Positions 17,762-25,787 of a DNA stretch of 64,000 bases are shown in pieces; position 1 is the first letter of the stretch; every line of letters starts with the position of its first letter. Made by a program: the position numbers and the translations under genes. The DNA comes from Candidatus Hadarchaeales archaeon. GTDB lineage: Archaea; Hadarchaeota; Hadarchaeia; Hadarchaeales; WYZ-LMO6. Where the stretch lies: NCBI GenBank assembly GCA_038851755.1, contig JAWCKR010000006.1, forward strand, positions 11,350 to 75,349, read 5' to 3'. The notes below the pieces were generated by a model. That model searched no databases and was not told the origin of the DNA. It worked only from the letters and a program-made list of their open reading frames with translations.

Positions 17762-18694
17762 ATGGAGAAGCTGATTATCACCGTGGCCCCCACGGGAGGG
17801 GAGTTCGTTTCCAAGATGTTCACCCCCCATGTCCCCTGCACGGTGGAGGAAATCGTGGAGGAGGTGGTGAGGTGCCGCAGGGCGGGGGCCTCCGTGGTCC
17901 ACCTGCACGCCAAGGACCCAGAGACGGGGTTCCCACACCCCCAGCCCAACTCCGTCTTTCCCGAGTACGTGAGGAGGATCAGGGAGAGCGAGGCCTCGGA
18001 CATCATCATCAACCTCACCACGGGGGGAGGAAGGCCCCTGCCCGGTCCCCTGGCGGAGATGCTGGGGAGGAAGACGGAGATGACCCCGGAGGAGTACCGG
18101 AGGAGCCTGGACAGGGTGATGGAGGAGAGGATGACCTTCGGGCAGGAAATGAGTTCCCTGAACATGGGCTCCATCAACCTCTGGGAGGACATGGGCTTCC
18201 CCTCCCTCAGGGAGGAGATCTTCGACAACCCCGTGGCCAGGATAGAGAGGTGGGCGGAGTACATGTACCGCAACGGGGTGAAGCCCGAGCTAGAGATCTA
18301 CGACACGGGTCAGATCAACACCGCCAAGGTCCTGGTGGAGGAGGGAAAGCTGAAGGAGCCCCTTCACGTCCAGTTCGTGATGATGGGCGGGCTCTCCTGC
18401 ATGTCCCCCACCGCGGACACCCTCCTTTACTGCGTGAGGGCCTTGCCCGCGGGGTGGACCTGGTCGGTGTGTGCGCCCGGGAGGCACGAGATGCCCATGG
18501 CGGCCCTGGCCATTCTCCTGGGGGGTCACGTGAGGGTGGGGATGGAGGACAACCTCTACGTGGAGAAGGGGGTGCTGGCGAAGAGCAACGCCGAGCTGGT
18601 GGAGAAGGTGGTCAGGCTGGCGAAGGAGCTGGGCAGGGAGGTGGCCTCCCCCGAGGAGGCCCGCAGGATCCTGGGCCTCAAGCCCAGGTCCTAG
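17762..18694 (+). CDS. BKACE-family (DUF849) 3-keto-5-aminohexanoate cleavage enzyme-like protein
   Basis: It has MEKLIITVAPTGGEF and VHLHAKDPETG, characteristic of beta-keto acid cleavage enzymes. Confidence 0.65.
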   Translation: MEKLIITVAPTGGEFVSKMFTPHVPCTVEEIVEEVVRCRRAGASVVHLHAKDPETGFPHPQPNSVFPEYVRRIRESEASDIIINLTTGGGRPLPGPLAEMLGRKTEMTPEEYRRSLDRVMEERMTFGQEMSSLNMGSINLWEDMGFPSLREEIFDNPVARIERWAEYMYRNGVKPELEIYDTGQINTAKVLVEEGKLKEPLHVQFVMMGGLSCMSPTADTLLYCVRALPAGWTWSVCAPGRHEMPMAALAILLGGHVRVGMEDNLYVEKGVLAKSNAELVEKVVRLAKELGREVASPEEARRILGLKPRS

Positions 18695-19101
18695 CCTTCG
18701 GGCTTCAGCTCCAGGGTCTCCCACCTCACCCTTCCTCCCTCCACCACCTCCTTGATCTTCCTCTCCACGGGAGTGAGGACGCTCCTCCCCGTCTTCACCT
18801 CCAGGAACACCACCTCCGTGGGCTCCCCCCTGCTGTGCCCCTCGAAGATCACGTAGTCCACCGGGGAGCCTATGAAGCGGGCGTCGGAGGGCTCGTACTT
18901 GAACTGTGGGAGGAGGGGGGCCATCTGTTCCCCTATCCTCCCCTTCAGGACGGCCCTGCTCCTCTCCAGGGCCTCCCTCCTGAGGGTTTCCTCCACTTCA
19001 AGCTTCCATCTCTCCAGCTTGCTCCTGAAGAGGGAGAGGAGGAAGAGATAGGCTGCTCCCAGCCCCAGCAGGAAGCCCAGCAGCAGCCAGAGGGTCTCCA
19101 T
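18691..19101 (-). CDS. membrane-anchored PD-(D/E)xK nuclease-like protein (Hjc-related; COG4741-like)
   Basis: It has an N-terminal TM helix and a coiled coil. The C-terminal core VDYVIFEG...EVVFLEVKTG is Hjc-like, with D...E-V-K catalytic residues. Confidence 0.5.
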   Translation of the reverse strand: METLWLLLGFLLGLGAAYLFLLSLFRSKLERWKLEVEETLRREALERSRAVLKGRIGEQMAPLLPQFKYEPSDARFIGSPVDYVIFEGHSRGEPTEVVFLEVKTGRSVLTPVERKIKEVVEGGRVRWETLELKPEG

Positions 19102-19254
19102 CCTCCTCTTTTCTGAAAGGAGCAGGTAAAGCCTTTGTATCCAGGCAAAAAGGCTGGGGGAAAATTCTTGAGTCCTCTTTTAAAAGGAATAAATCCGACT
19201 CGAATGAGAAGCAGGGCTATAGGAGGACGGATGGAGGACCTCTAAGGGACCGGA

Positions 19255-20952
19255 ATGGAGGGAGTCCTGAAAAAGACGGTGAAGCTGAAGCTGAATATAG
19301 AGCCTACAGAGTTGGAAGAGGTGATGAGTAAGTACTCAGCCGCCGTGAACTTTTACATCAAGCGCTGCTTCCAGGTTCTAACCAACAACCGTTGGCTAGG
19401 AAAGAGTGAGAGGTTCCAGGCTACCTGTTCGTCGTGCGGGACCGAAGGTACCGTGGTCTCCGTCGGGTCTCTGGGAAGCTTGTGCGCCGACTGCCGTAGG
19501 AACATGCTTAGTTACAATGCCCTGCGCAAACGTTTCACTCCTACCAAAGAGAGGCGCGTACCGGCCGCAGATAATGTTTACCTCGCGGCTCGTAACTTAT
19601 CGCCTACCCTCGCCGCTCAGGCTTTTCAGCATGCACAGGCAATTCTCAAGAGCTGGTTTGCCCTGAAAAAGAAGAGGGATTACGCACTTAGGGACGTGGA
19701 GAAGAAGCTAAGGCTCTGGAAGGAAGTCCTGGAAGACAGCGAAGTGGTGGCGGGGGAGGGGAAGATTAAAGCACGCGTAGTGGTGCCCCCCAAGGGACGA
19801 CAGCGTCTGCCTAGGTTCAAGCATGTCCTTCACCCGGAGAACTTCAAAGGAAGGACCCTGAGGGGGATAGAGCTAGCCATCGAAAAACTGGAGAGGAGAC
19901 GTCGCGCACTTTTGAAAGAGCAGTTGCCCCCCAAGTTCCGCGGAGAATCGATGTGGCTTCACAAGAACTCGATAAAATTCTTGGACGAGCGGAGGGTCAA
20001 GCTCGTGCTGGAAGGGAAGCACATGGAAGTGCAATTTCATGCTTTGGAGGTCGAGCGCGAAAAGAGCAGAGATTACCTAATGAGGTATGTTCGCTTAGCG
20101 CTCGAGATGCAGGAGAGAAACATCCATGCCTATCCCAGGTTGCTCATTGAAAACGGTTCTTGCTTCCTGGAGTTTCCGGTCAGGATACCCTTTGGGACAC
20201 CAGAGCCTGACGAAACTTTCGGGGCAGTGGGTATCGACCGTGGGGTCAACTCGCTTATAGCTTTTGCTGCGGTCAACCGCTACTTGGGCAAGCCCCATCA
20301 TTTGTGGTTGGCGAGCGGTGGGGAATTGTCCTTGCTTAGGGCGAAGGGAAGGCTGCTCCGGAGGAGGTTATATGAGGTGGGCAAAGTTCACCGCGAGCAG
20401 GGGAAGCGTTTCCGGTTACGCAGGAGATTAAAATCGATGAAGAAAGAGAGTGAGCTCTCGAAACATATCCTGCATGGGATTGCGAAGTCCGTGGTGAGGA
20501 AGGCGAAGGAGCTGTATCCCGACGGACGCGTGGTTATAGTAATGGAGAAGCTCGAAGGCCTTCGCCCGGTGAAAGGGAAGAAGCATGAGCGCTCTTTGAA
20601 TTTCAAGCTTTCGAGTTTTGCATACAGGAGGCTCGGGGAATACATACATTACAAGGCTCAGGAGGAGGGAATACCCGTAATTTTCGTACCACCCTCAGGG
20701 ACCTCCACCAGGTGTTCTAAGTGCGGTTGCGACAATCCCTCTAACAGGTCAGGTGGTTTCTTTAGGTGCTCCAATTGTGGATTCCAAATGAACGCTGACC
20801 TGAACGCTGCAATAAACATTGCCAACCGCTTCTACGAAAATTTTAAAGGCGGAGAAAAACAGAACGGAATTGGGGCCGAGGAACGCCCGGACCCCTCGGC
20901 TCCGAGTAGGTCAAGCTCACCAGAAGGTGAGGAGCGCGCCCCTAACCCCTGA
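19255..20952 (+). CDS. tnpB: TnpB/Cas12f-like RuvC nuclease (565 aa) with an N-terminal C4 zinc finger and a C-terminal zinc ribbon
   Basis: RuvC-I is GAVGIDRGVN, RuvC-II is VIVMEKLEGL, the Zn ribbon is CSKCGC...CSNCG and RuvC-III is NADLNAAINIA. The N-terminal zinc finger is CSSCG...CADC. The C-terminal tail is disordered and G/E/P/S-rich. An RBS AGGAGGA and a TATA-like TTTTAAAAGG lie upstream. Confidence 0.85.
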   Translation: MEGVLKKTVKLKLNIEPTELEEVMSKYSAAVNFYIKRCFQVLTNNRWLGKSERFQATCSSCGTEGTVVSVGSLGSLCADCRRNMLSYNALRKRFTPTKERRVPAADNVYLAARNLSPTLAAQAFQHAQAILKSWFALKKKRDYALRDVEKKLRLWKEVLEDSEVVAGEGKIKARVVVPPKGRQRLPRFKHVLHPENFKGRTLRGIELAIEKLERRRRALLKEQLPPKFRGESMWLHKNSIKFLDERRVKLVLEGKHMEVQFHALEVEREKSRDYLMRYVRLALEMQERNIHAYPRLLIENGSCFLEFPVRIPFGTPEPDETFGAVGIDRGVNSLIAFAAVNRYLGKPHHLWLASGGELSLLRAKGRLLRRRLYEVGKVHREQGKRFRLRRRLKSMKKESELSKHILHGIAKSVVRKAKELYPDGRVVIVMEKLEGLRPVKGKKHERSLNFKLSSFAYRRLGEYIHYKAQEEGIPVIFVPPSGTSTRCSKCGCDNPSNRSGGFFRCSNCGFQMNADLNAAINIANRFYENFKGGEKQNGIGAEERPDPSAPSRSSSPEGEERAPNP

Positions 20953-21130
20953 AAGAAGGGGGACGGCAAGCGTGCTCGGGCAGCGTCGCACTGCCAGAGC
21001 TCGGACCTGCCCCGCTTTCGAGCGGGATGCAAGGCTCCGGCCCCGATGACATGAGGGGACGGGTCAGAACGGGCGACGCCTTCCCAACTTTTGAACGTCT
21101 TTATAAACCTTCTTTGTAAAAACCGAAGTT
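20870..21130 (+). ncRNA. candidate omegaRNA (reRNA)/tracr-like structured RNA overlapping the tnpB 3' end
   Basis: There are at least five consecutive GC-rich hairpins: GCCGAGG..CCTCGGC, CTCACC-agaa-GGTGAG, CCCCT..AGGGG, GGCAG-cgtcgca-CTGCC, CCCGC-tttcga-GCGGG and CCCC..GGGG. They are followed by an AT-rich stretch containing CCCAACT...TTGAAC, which is complementary to parts of the downstream repeat. Confidence 0.4.
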
Positions 21131-21330
21131 CAAACGGTGGGAACCAGGGAGTCCAGTGGGGCCGTACTGGCATCACCAGAAACGAGGGGGGTTTCAATAG
21201 ACTCAGGAGTTGGGTGGGTGATGCGACCACTACGGAGTTGTACTTTTCTCCCTCAGGAGGTGAGGATTCTCGCCTTGACGAGGCGAAGATCTTGGGTTGT
21301 TTCAATGGACCCAGGAGTTGGGTAGGTCAT
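21128..21330 (+). repeat. two 32-bp direct repeats separated by 76 bp, plus an upstream degenerate copy
   Basis: The repeats are GTTTCAATAGACTCAGGAGTTGGGTGGGTGAT at 21191-21222 and GTTTCAATGGACCCAGGAGTTGGGTAGGTCAT at 21299-21330. They match at 28 of 32 positions and are 76 bp apart. An upstream degenerate copy, AGTTCAAACGGTGGGAACCAGGGAGTCCAGTGGGG, lies at about 21128-21165. Confidence 0.6.
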
Positions 21331-21350
21331 ATCTTAAAGTTAGATGGGGT

Positions 21351-21920
21351 TTACCTGAGCCTGGCCCCCAGGTGGGCTAGTGTGGCCTTCTTCACTTCCT
21401 CGGCTTTCTTCCTCCCCACCAAGTGCTTCAGGAGCTCAAGGGCGAAGGCGAAGGCAGTGGCCGGTCCCATGCTGGTGATGATCTTCCCGTCCGCCACCAC
21501 CAGTCCCCTTGAGGGCTTCCCTCCGCCCTTCTTCAGCTCCGCTTCCATGCCGGGGTAGATGGTGCTCTTCTTCCCCCTGAGCACCCCAGCCTCTGCGAGG
21601 ACGGAGGGGGCACCGCAGATGGCAGCCACGATTAACCCCCTCTCAGCCGCTTCCCTCACCAGCTCCAGCACCTTCCGGTTTTTCCTGAGGTTCTCGTACC
21701 CGGGATACCCTCCGGGACAGATCACGGCGTCGAAGTCCCTCACGCTGACTTCCTCCAGCTTGCGGTCAGGAATCACCTTCACCCCGTGCGATCCCTCCAC
21801 CGGCGTCTCCAGTCCCGCCGTCACCACCTCCACCCCTCCCCTCCTGAGGAGGTCCACCACCGTCATGGCCTCCACCTCCTCGAAGCCCGGGGCCAGGAAG
21901 ACGAGGGCCTTCACCATCAT
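21351..21920 (-). CDS. DJ-1/PfpI-family protein
   Basis: It has the nucleophile-elbow context AICGAP and the class-I glutamine amidotransferase-like fold of PfpI/DJ-1. Confidence 0.75.
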   Translation of the reverse strand: MMVKALVFLAPGFEEVEAMTVVDLLRRGGVEVVTAGLETPVEGSHGVKVIPDRKLEEVSVRDFDAVICPGGYPGYENLRKNRKVLELVREAAERGLIVAAICGAPSVLAEAGVLRGKKSTIYPGMEAELKKGGGKPSRGLVVADGKIITSMGPATAFAFALELLKHLVGRKKAEEVKKATLAHLGARLR

Positions 21921-21966
21921 TCTCCTTTCTCCGGGGTTTTTAAAATCGAGCGGGAGAGGAGGGTGG

Positions 21967-22665
21967 ATGGAAGCGGTGGGGATGATCCTCTGCGGGGGTT
22001 ACGGTAAGAGGCTTTTCCCCCTCACCCGGACCCTACCCAAGGTCCTGCTGGAGCTGAGGGAGGGCTACACCATCCTCGACCACCAGCTCTCCCTCTACCG
22101 CAGGGCGGGCATCAGGGAGGTCTACCTGCTGGCCGGGTACCGGGCGGAAGAGATCAGGAAGAGGTACGGGGCGTCCTGGGAAGGAATGGAGCTGAGGTAC
22201 GTGGTGGAGAAGGAACCCCTGGGCACCCTTAACGCTATCAGGCTTGGGATGAGGGAGGCTGGAAGGGAGGCGGTGGTGAGCAACGGGGACGTGGTGATGG
22301 AGCTGGACATGGGAAAAATGTGGGAGGACTTCCGGAGGTCGAAGGCCCTGGCTTCCCTGTTGGCGGTGAGGATGAGGAGCCCCTACGGGGTCCTGAAGCT
22401 CAGGGGCAGGAGGATCGTCTCCTTCGTGGAGAAGCCCCTCCTTCCCCACTACGTGAACGGAGGGGTCTACTGCCTCAGCCCCCTCCTCCTCCCCCTGATG
22501 GAGAGGTTCGGAAAGGGGAACGTGGAGCAGACCCTCTTCCCGGAACTGGCCAGGAGGGGAAAGCTCAGATGCTACAGGGCAGACCCGCCCCTCTGGGTCC
22601 CCGTGGACACCTTCAAGGACCTGGAGGAAGCCAGGAAGAGGCTGGAGGGGCTCAGGAGGGCTTGA
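21967..22665 (+). CDS. sugar-phosphate nucleotidyltransferase (NTP_transferase family)
   Basis: Internal ATG at 21967. It has the motif GMILCGGYGKRLFPLT. Confidence 0.65.
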   Translation: MEAVGMILCGGYGKRLFPLTRTLPKVLLELREGYTILDHQLSLYRRAGIREVYLLAGYRAEEIRKRYGASWEGMELRYVVEKEPLGTLNAIRLGMREAGREAVVSNGDVVMELDMGKMWEDFRRSKALASLLAVRMRSPYGVLKLRGRRIVSFVEKPLLPHYVNGGVYCLSPLLLPLMERFGKGNVEQTLFPELARRGKLRCYRADPPLWVPVDTFKDLEEARKRLEGLRRA

Positions 22666-23431
22666 GGGCCTCGGGAAGGGACTTCAGGAAGCGGGAGGAC
22701 TCACCCCTCTCCGCCTTCCCCACGAGGAGGAGCGCCATCACCTCTTCCTTTCTCCAGATCGCCCCGTCTATCTCCTCCTTCTCCAGGTGGAAGTGTGCCA
22801 GCCCCGGGTGGCTCTCGTAGAGCCTGTCCCCCAGTTTGCCCAGCACCTCCTGTAGCCCTGCCCTGGCGTCCTCGGGTGAGGGAAAGAGCAGGGTGTAGAG
22901 GGCCAGCCTCTCCCCCCTCTCGCCTTCCCAGAGCCTGAAGAAGCCCTCAGCGCCGGTTCCAGGTCTTCCGAGGATGGCTTCCTCCTTCACGCCACCCTCA
23001 CCCACCTCCTTCCAGCCGGGGAGGGAAACCTGCCTGAGCCAGGAGAGGAGGTCTGGTCGGGCCTTGGCCTCAGGTGCTTCCGGCCTGGGTTCCAACACCT
23101 CTTCAGCTTTTTCCAGAGCCTCCTTGAGCCTGGAGATTACCTCTCCCCCCCCTTCCTGAGTTTTTGGCTCGGGGGGTACCCTCTCCGTCTCCGGGGCCTT
23201 TTCTTTGACCTCTTCCCTTTCCGGAACCGCCTCTACTTTCTCCACGGGGCCCTCCTCTTCCTCTGGGCCCTCCATCACCGACACGGCGAACAGGAGGAGG
23301 AGGACGAAGGCTATGCCAGCCGCGAAGACGAAGGAGAGCTCGGGGGAGGAGGGGGGAAAGAGGATGAAGAGGATGACCCCTGCCGCGGCAACCACCAGAG
23401 AGACCATTGCGAGGAGCCTCGCTTGTTCCAT
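22652..23431 (-). CDS. membrane-anchored hypothetical protein (2 TM helices, Glu/Pro-rich linker, C-terminal globular domain)
   Basis: ORF with hydrophobic N-terminal helices and a low-complexity acidic linker. Confidence 0.4.
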   Translation of the reverse strand: MEQARLLAMVSLVVAAAGVILFILFPPSSPELSFVFAAGIAFVLLLLFAVSVMEGPEEEEGPVEKVEAVPEREEVKEKAPETERVPPEPKTQEGGGEVISRLKEALEKAEEVLEPRPEAPEAKARPDLLSWLRQVSLPGWKEVGEGGVKEEAILGRPGTGAEGFFRLWEGERGERLALYTLLFPSPEDARAGLQEVLGKLGDRLYESHPGLAHFHLEKEEIDGAIWRKEEVMALLLVGKAERGESSRFLKSLPEALKPS

Positions 23432-23523
23432 GCCTGTCCTATAACTAGGAGGAACTCCTTATAGAGCCTGCGGGGGGAAGAGGTCCCAAAAACCTCTTTT
23501 AACTCCAGGTTTTAAGGGAGTGA

Positions 23524-24444
23524 ATGAGCGTAAACCCCACTAGGTTCATCTGGATGGATGGGAAGCTGGTTCCCTGGGAGGAGGCCAAGGTGCACCTGCT
23601 GACCCACACCCTCCACTACGGATACGGGGTGTTCGAGGGGATAAGGTGCTACCGGACTCCAGGAGGTCCCGCCATCTTCAGGCTGAGGGACCATATGCTG
23701 AGGCTCCAGCGCTCCGCCGACATCGTGGGGATGAAGCTCCCCTACACGGTGGAGGAGCTGGTGGAGGCGGTCAGGCTCACCGTGAGGGAGAACGGGCTGG
23801 AGGAGTGCTACATAAGGCCCATCGCCTACTGCGGCTACGGGGTGATGGGGCTGAACCCCAGGGGGGCTCCCGTGAGGGTGGCCGTGGCCGCCTGGCAGTG
23901 GGGGACCTACCTGGGGGAGGAGGGACTGAGGAACGGGGTGAGGGTGAAGATCTCTCCCTACCGCAGAATCCATCCCTCCGTGCTCCCACCCCATGCCAAG
24001 CTGGTGGCCAACTACGCCAATTCCATCCTGGCCAAGCTGGATGCGGTGGACAGCGGTTATGACGAGGCCCTCATGCTCAACCTCTCGGGCAACGTTTCCG
24101 AGGGGCCGGGGGAGAACCTCTTCATAGTGGAGAGGGGGTCCCTGATTACCCCTCCTGTGTCCGAGTGCGCCCTTCCAGGGATAACCAGGGATTCCGTCCT
24201 GCAGATCGCCCAGCGGGAGGGCATCCCCACCCGGGAGGAGCCCATCTCCCTCGAGAGGCTTCACGGGGCGGAGGAGGCCTTCTTCACGGGCACGGCCGCG
24301 GAGGTGACCCCCATAAGGGAGGTGAATGACCGCCCCATAGGGAACGGGAGGAGGGGGAAGATCACTGCCAGGTTACAGGAGCTTTACTTCAGGGTGGTGA
24401 GGGGAGAGGAGAAAGGCTACGATCACTGGCTGGAAAGGGTCTGA
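23524..24444 (+). CDS. ilvE: branched-chain amino acid aminotransferase
   Basis: It has the BCAT fold-type IV motifs FEGIRCYR and ENLFIVE..TPP. Confidence 0.8.
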   Translation: MSVNPTRFIWMDGKLVPWEEAKVHLLTHTLHYGYGVFEGIRCYRTPGGPAIFRLRDHMLRLQRSADIVGMKLPYTVEELVEAVRLTVRENGLEECYIRPIAYCGYGVMGLNPRGAPVRVAVAAWQWGTYLGEEGLRNGVRVKISPYRRIHPSVLPPHAKLVANYANSILAKLDAVDSGYDEALMLNLSGNVSEGPGENLFIVERGSLITPPVSECALPGITRDSVLQIAQREGIPTREEPISLERLHGAEEAFFTGTAAEVTPIREVNDRPIGNGRRGKITARLQELYFRVVRGEEKGYDHWLERV

Positions 24445-24447
24445 GGT

Positions 24448-25434
24448 TTACTCCTTAGAGGTGAGGGTCTTCTCCAGCTGGCTTAGGATGAACCTCCTGA
24501 CCTCCCTCAGGCTACCCCTTCCCGTGGCGCTGGCGGCCCCGGGATGCCCCCCTCCAGAGCCCCCGAAGGACCTGCCCACCTCCTGCATGAGGGATCCGAG
24601 GTGAAGTTGGGTACTCTCGCAGAGTTCTGGCGTGGCCCTTCCAGAAATCCTGAACTCTCCCTTCTCCTCGGAGCCCACGAAGCTCAGGTCAGCCCCCAGC
24701 CTCAGGAGGACGGAGGCGGCATCGGCCTCGAAGGCGCTGAGCTCCGAGAAGACCACCAAGTGTTCTCCCATGCTCCTGATCTCCATGCGCTGGGCGGCCT
24801 TGAGCATGGCCATGCGCCTGGACCGGTCCTCCGGCAGCTTGAGGGTTTCCAGGAGCTGCCTGTAGTCGGCCCCACACCTTATCAGCCCGCACACGGCCTC
24901 CAGCGTGGAGTTGCGGGCGAGCTTCAGTCCGGCAGTGTCCGTCAAGATTCCGGCCAGTAGCAGGTTTGCCTGTTCCGCGGAAGGCTCCTTCCCCATCTCA
25001 CGGAGCAGGTGCAGGATCATTTCCGCCGAGGAGGTGGCGTGCTCGTCCACCCAGGCGACCTCCACCTCCTCCTTCATCCCCTCCACCTCCAGGTGGTGGT
25101 CTATGAGGAGGACGGGTTTCCTCCTCACCTCCTCCCCCACCTTTCCCAGGTGGCTGAAGCTGGAGGCGTCCACCATCACCACTAGATCGGCCTGGAGGTT
25201 GGGGGAGGTGCTCACCTCCCTCCCGTAGCGCTCCAAGAGGAACTGGGCGAGCTTGTTCATGCCCTCGGGGACCACCACCTCAGTCCTCGCCCCCAGTTCC
25301 TCCAGAACCTCGGAGAGGACGACGGCGCTCCCCACTCCGTCCGGATCGGCCTGCTGGTGGGAGACGAGTAGAACGCACCTCCCCTCCCTGGCCTTCTCCA
25401 GGAGAAGCCTCGCAGCCTTCTCTAGGGGGGTCAA
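24448..25434 (-). CDS. DHH-family phosphoesterase (NrnA-like, DHH-DHHA1)
   Basis: It has the DHH-family N-terminal motif DPDGVGSAVVLS (the eponymous DHH triad itself was not verified) and a C-terminal DHHA1 domain with GGGH. Confidence 0.7.
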   Translation of the reverse strand: MTPLEKAARLLLEKAREGRCVLLVSHQQADPDGVGSAVVLSEVLEELGARTEVVVPEGMNKLAQFLLERYGREVSTSPNLQADLVVMVDASSFSHLGKVGEEVRRKPVLLIDHHLEVEGMKEEVEVAWVDEHATSSAEMILHLLREMGKEPSAEQANLLLAGILTDTAGLKLARNSTLEAVCGLIRCGADYRQLLETLKLPEDRSRRMAMLKAAQRMEIRSMGEHLVVFSELSAFEADAASVLLRLGADLSFVGSEEKGEFRISGRATPELCESTQLHLGSLMQEVGRSFGGSGGGHPGAASATGRGSLREVRRFILSQLEKTLTSKE

Positions 25435-25787
25435 GCTTCAGGCCTTTTCGTTTTTAGGGCCTCTTCCAGCTTCTGCTGCAGCTCCCTGAGCCTCTCCGTC
25501 ACCCTCTCCTCCTGACGCTCCAAGGTCTTCACCCTCAGCTCCAGGGTCTCCCTCTGCTCCTCCAGTTCCTTCCGGAGTGCCTCCCTGTCGGCCCTCACCA
25601 GCAGGGGTCCCACTCCCTTGTAAACCGCCGCATCCTGAGGGCTTTTGTCCAGTTCTTCCACGGCCTTCTTGGTCTCCAGCATCAGCAGCTCCAGCTGCTG
25701 CCTCTGGGCGGCTAGGGCCTGGGCGTGCTGCTGCGCCTGCTGGTACTGCGCCACCATGTGCTTCAGCTGCGGGGGGAGTTCCTCCAT
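25431..25787 (-). CDS. pfdB: prefoldin beta subunit
   Basis: The sequence is coiled-coil QQ/EL-rich, with the conserved central beta-hairpin region YKGVGPLLV. Confidence 0.75.
   Translation of the reverse strand: MEELPPQLKHMVAQYQQAQQHAQALAAQRQQLELLMLETKKAVEELDKSPQDAAVYKGVGPLLVRADREALRKELEEQRETLELRVKTLERQEERVTERLRELQQKLEEALKTKRPEA

Larger units (their letters stand above)
19110..21335 (+). mobile_element. putative IS200/IS605-family (IS1341-like) tnpB-only element or derived RNA-guided nuclease locus; boundaries approximate
   Basis: The island is about 52% GC against about 62% elsewhere. It has subterminal hairpins upstream at 19128-19211, the tnpB-like gene, and a structured downstream region with direct repeats that ends before the DJ-1 stop. 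Confidence 0.4.

Noticed and set aside
20832-21305. 157-aa reverse-strand ORF and 62-155-aa + strand ORFs in the tnpB downstream region
   Set aside because: They overlap the hairpin-rich region and the repeats, have low-complexity P/S-rich translations and lack start context. The region is better explained as non-coding RNA or element-end sequence.
21191-21330. Calling the two 32-bp repeats a bona fide CRISPR array
   Set aside because: There are only two good copies, with 4 mismatches between them, plus one degenerate copy. The spacers are irregular (about 25 and 76 bp) and there are no cas1/cas2 genes. It is reported as a repeat pair or mini-array-like feature instead.
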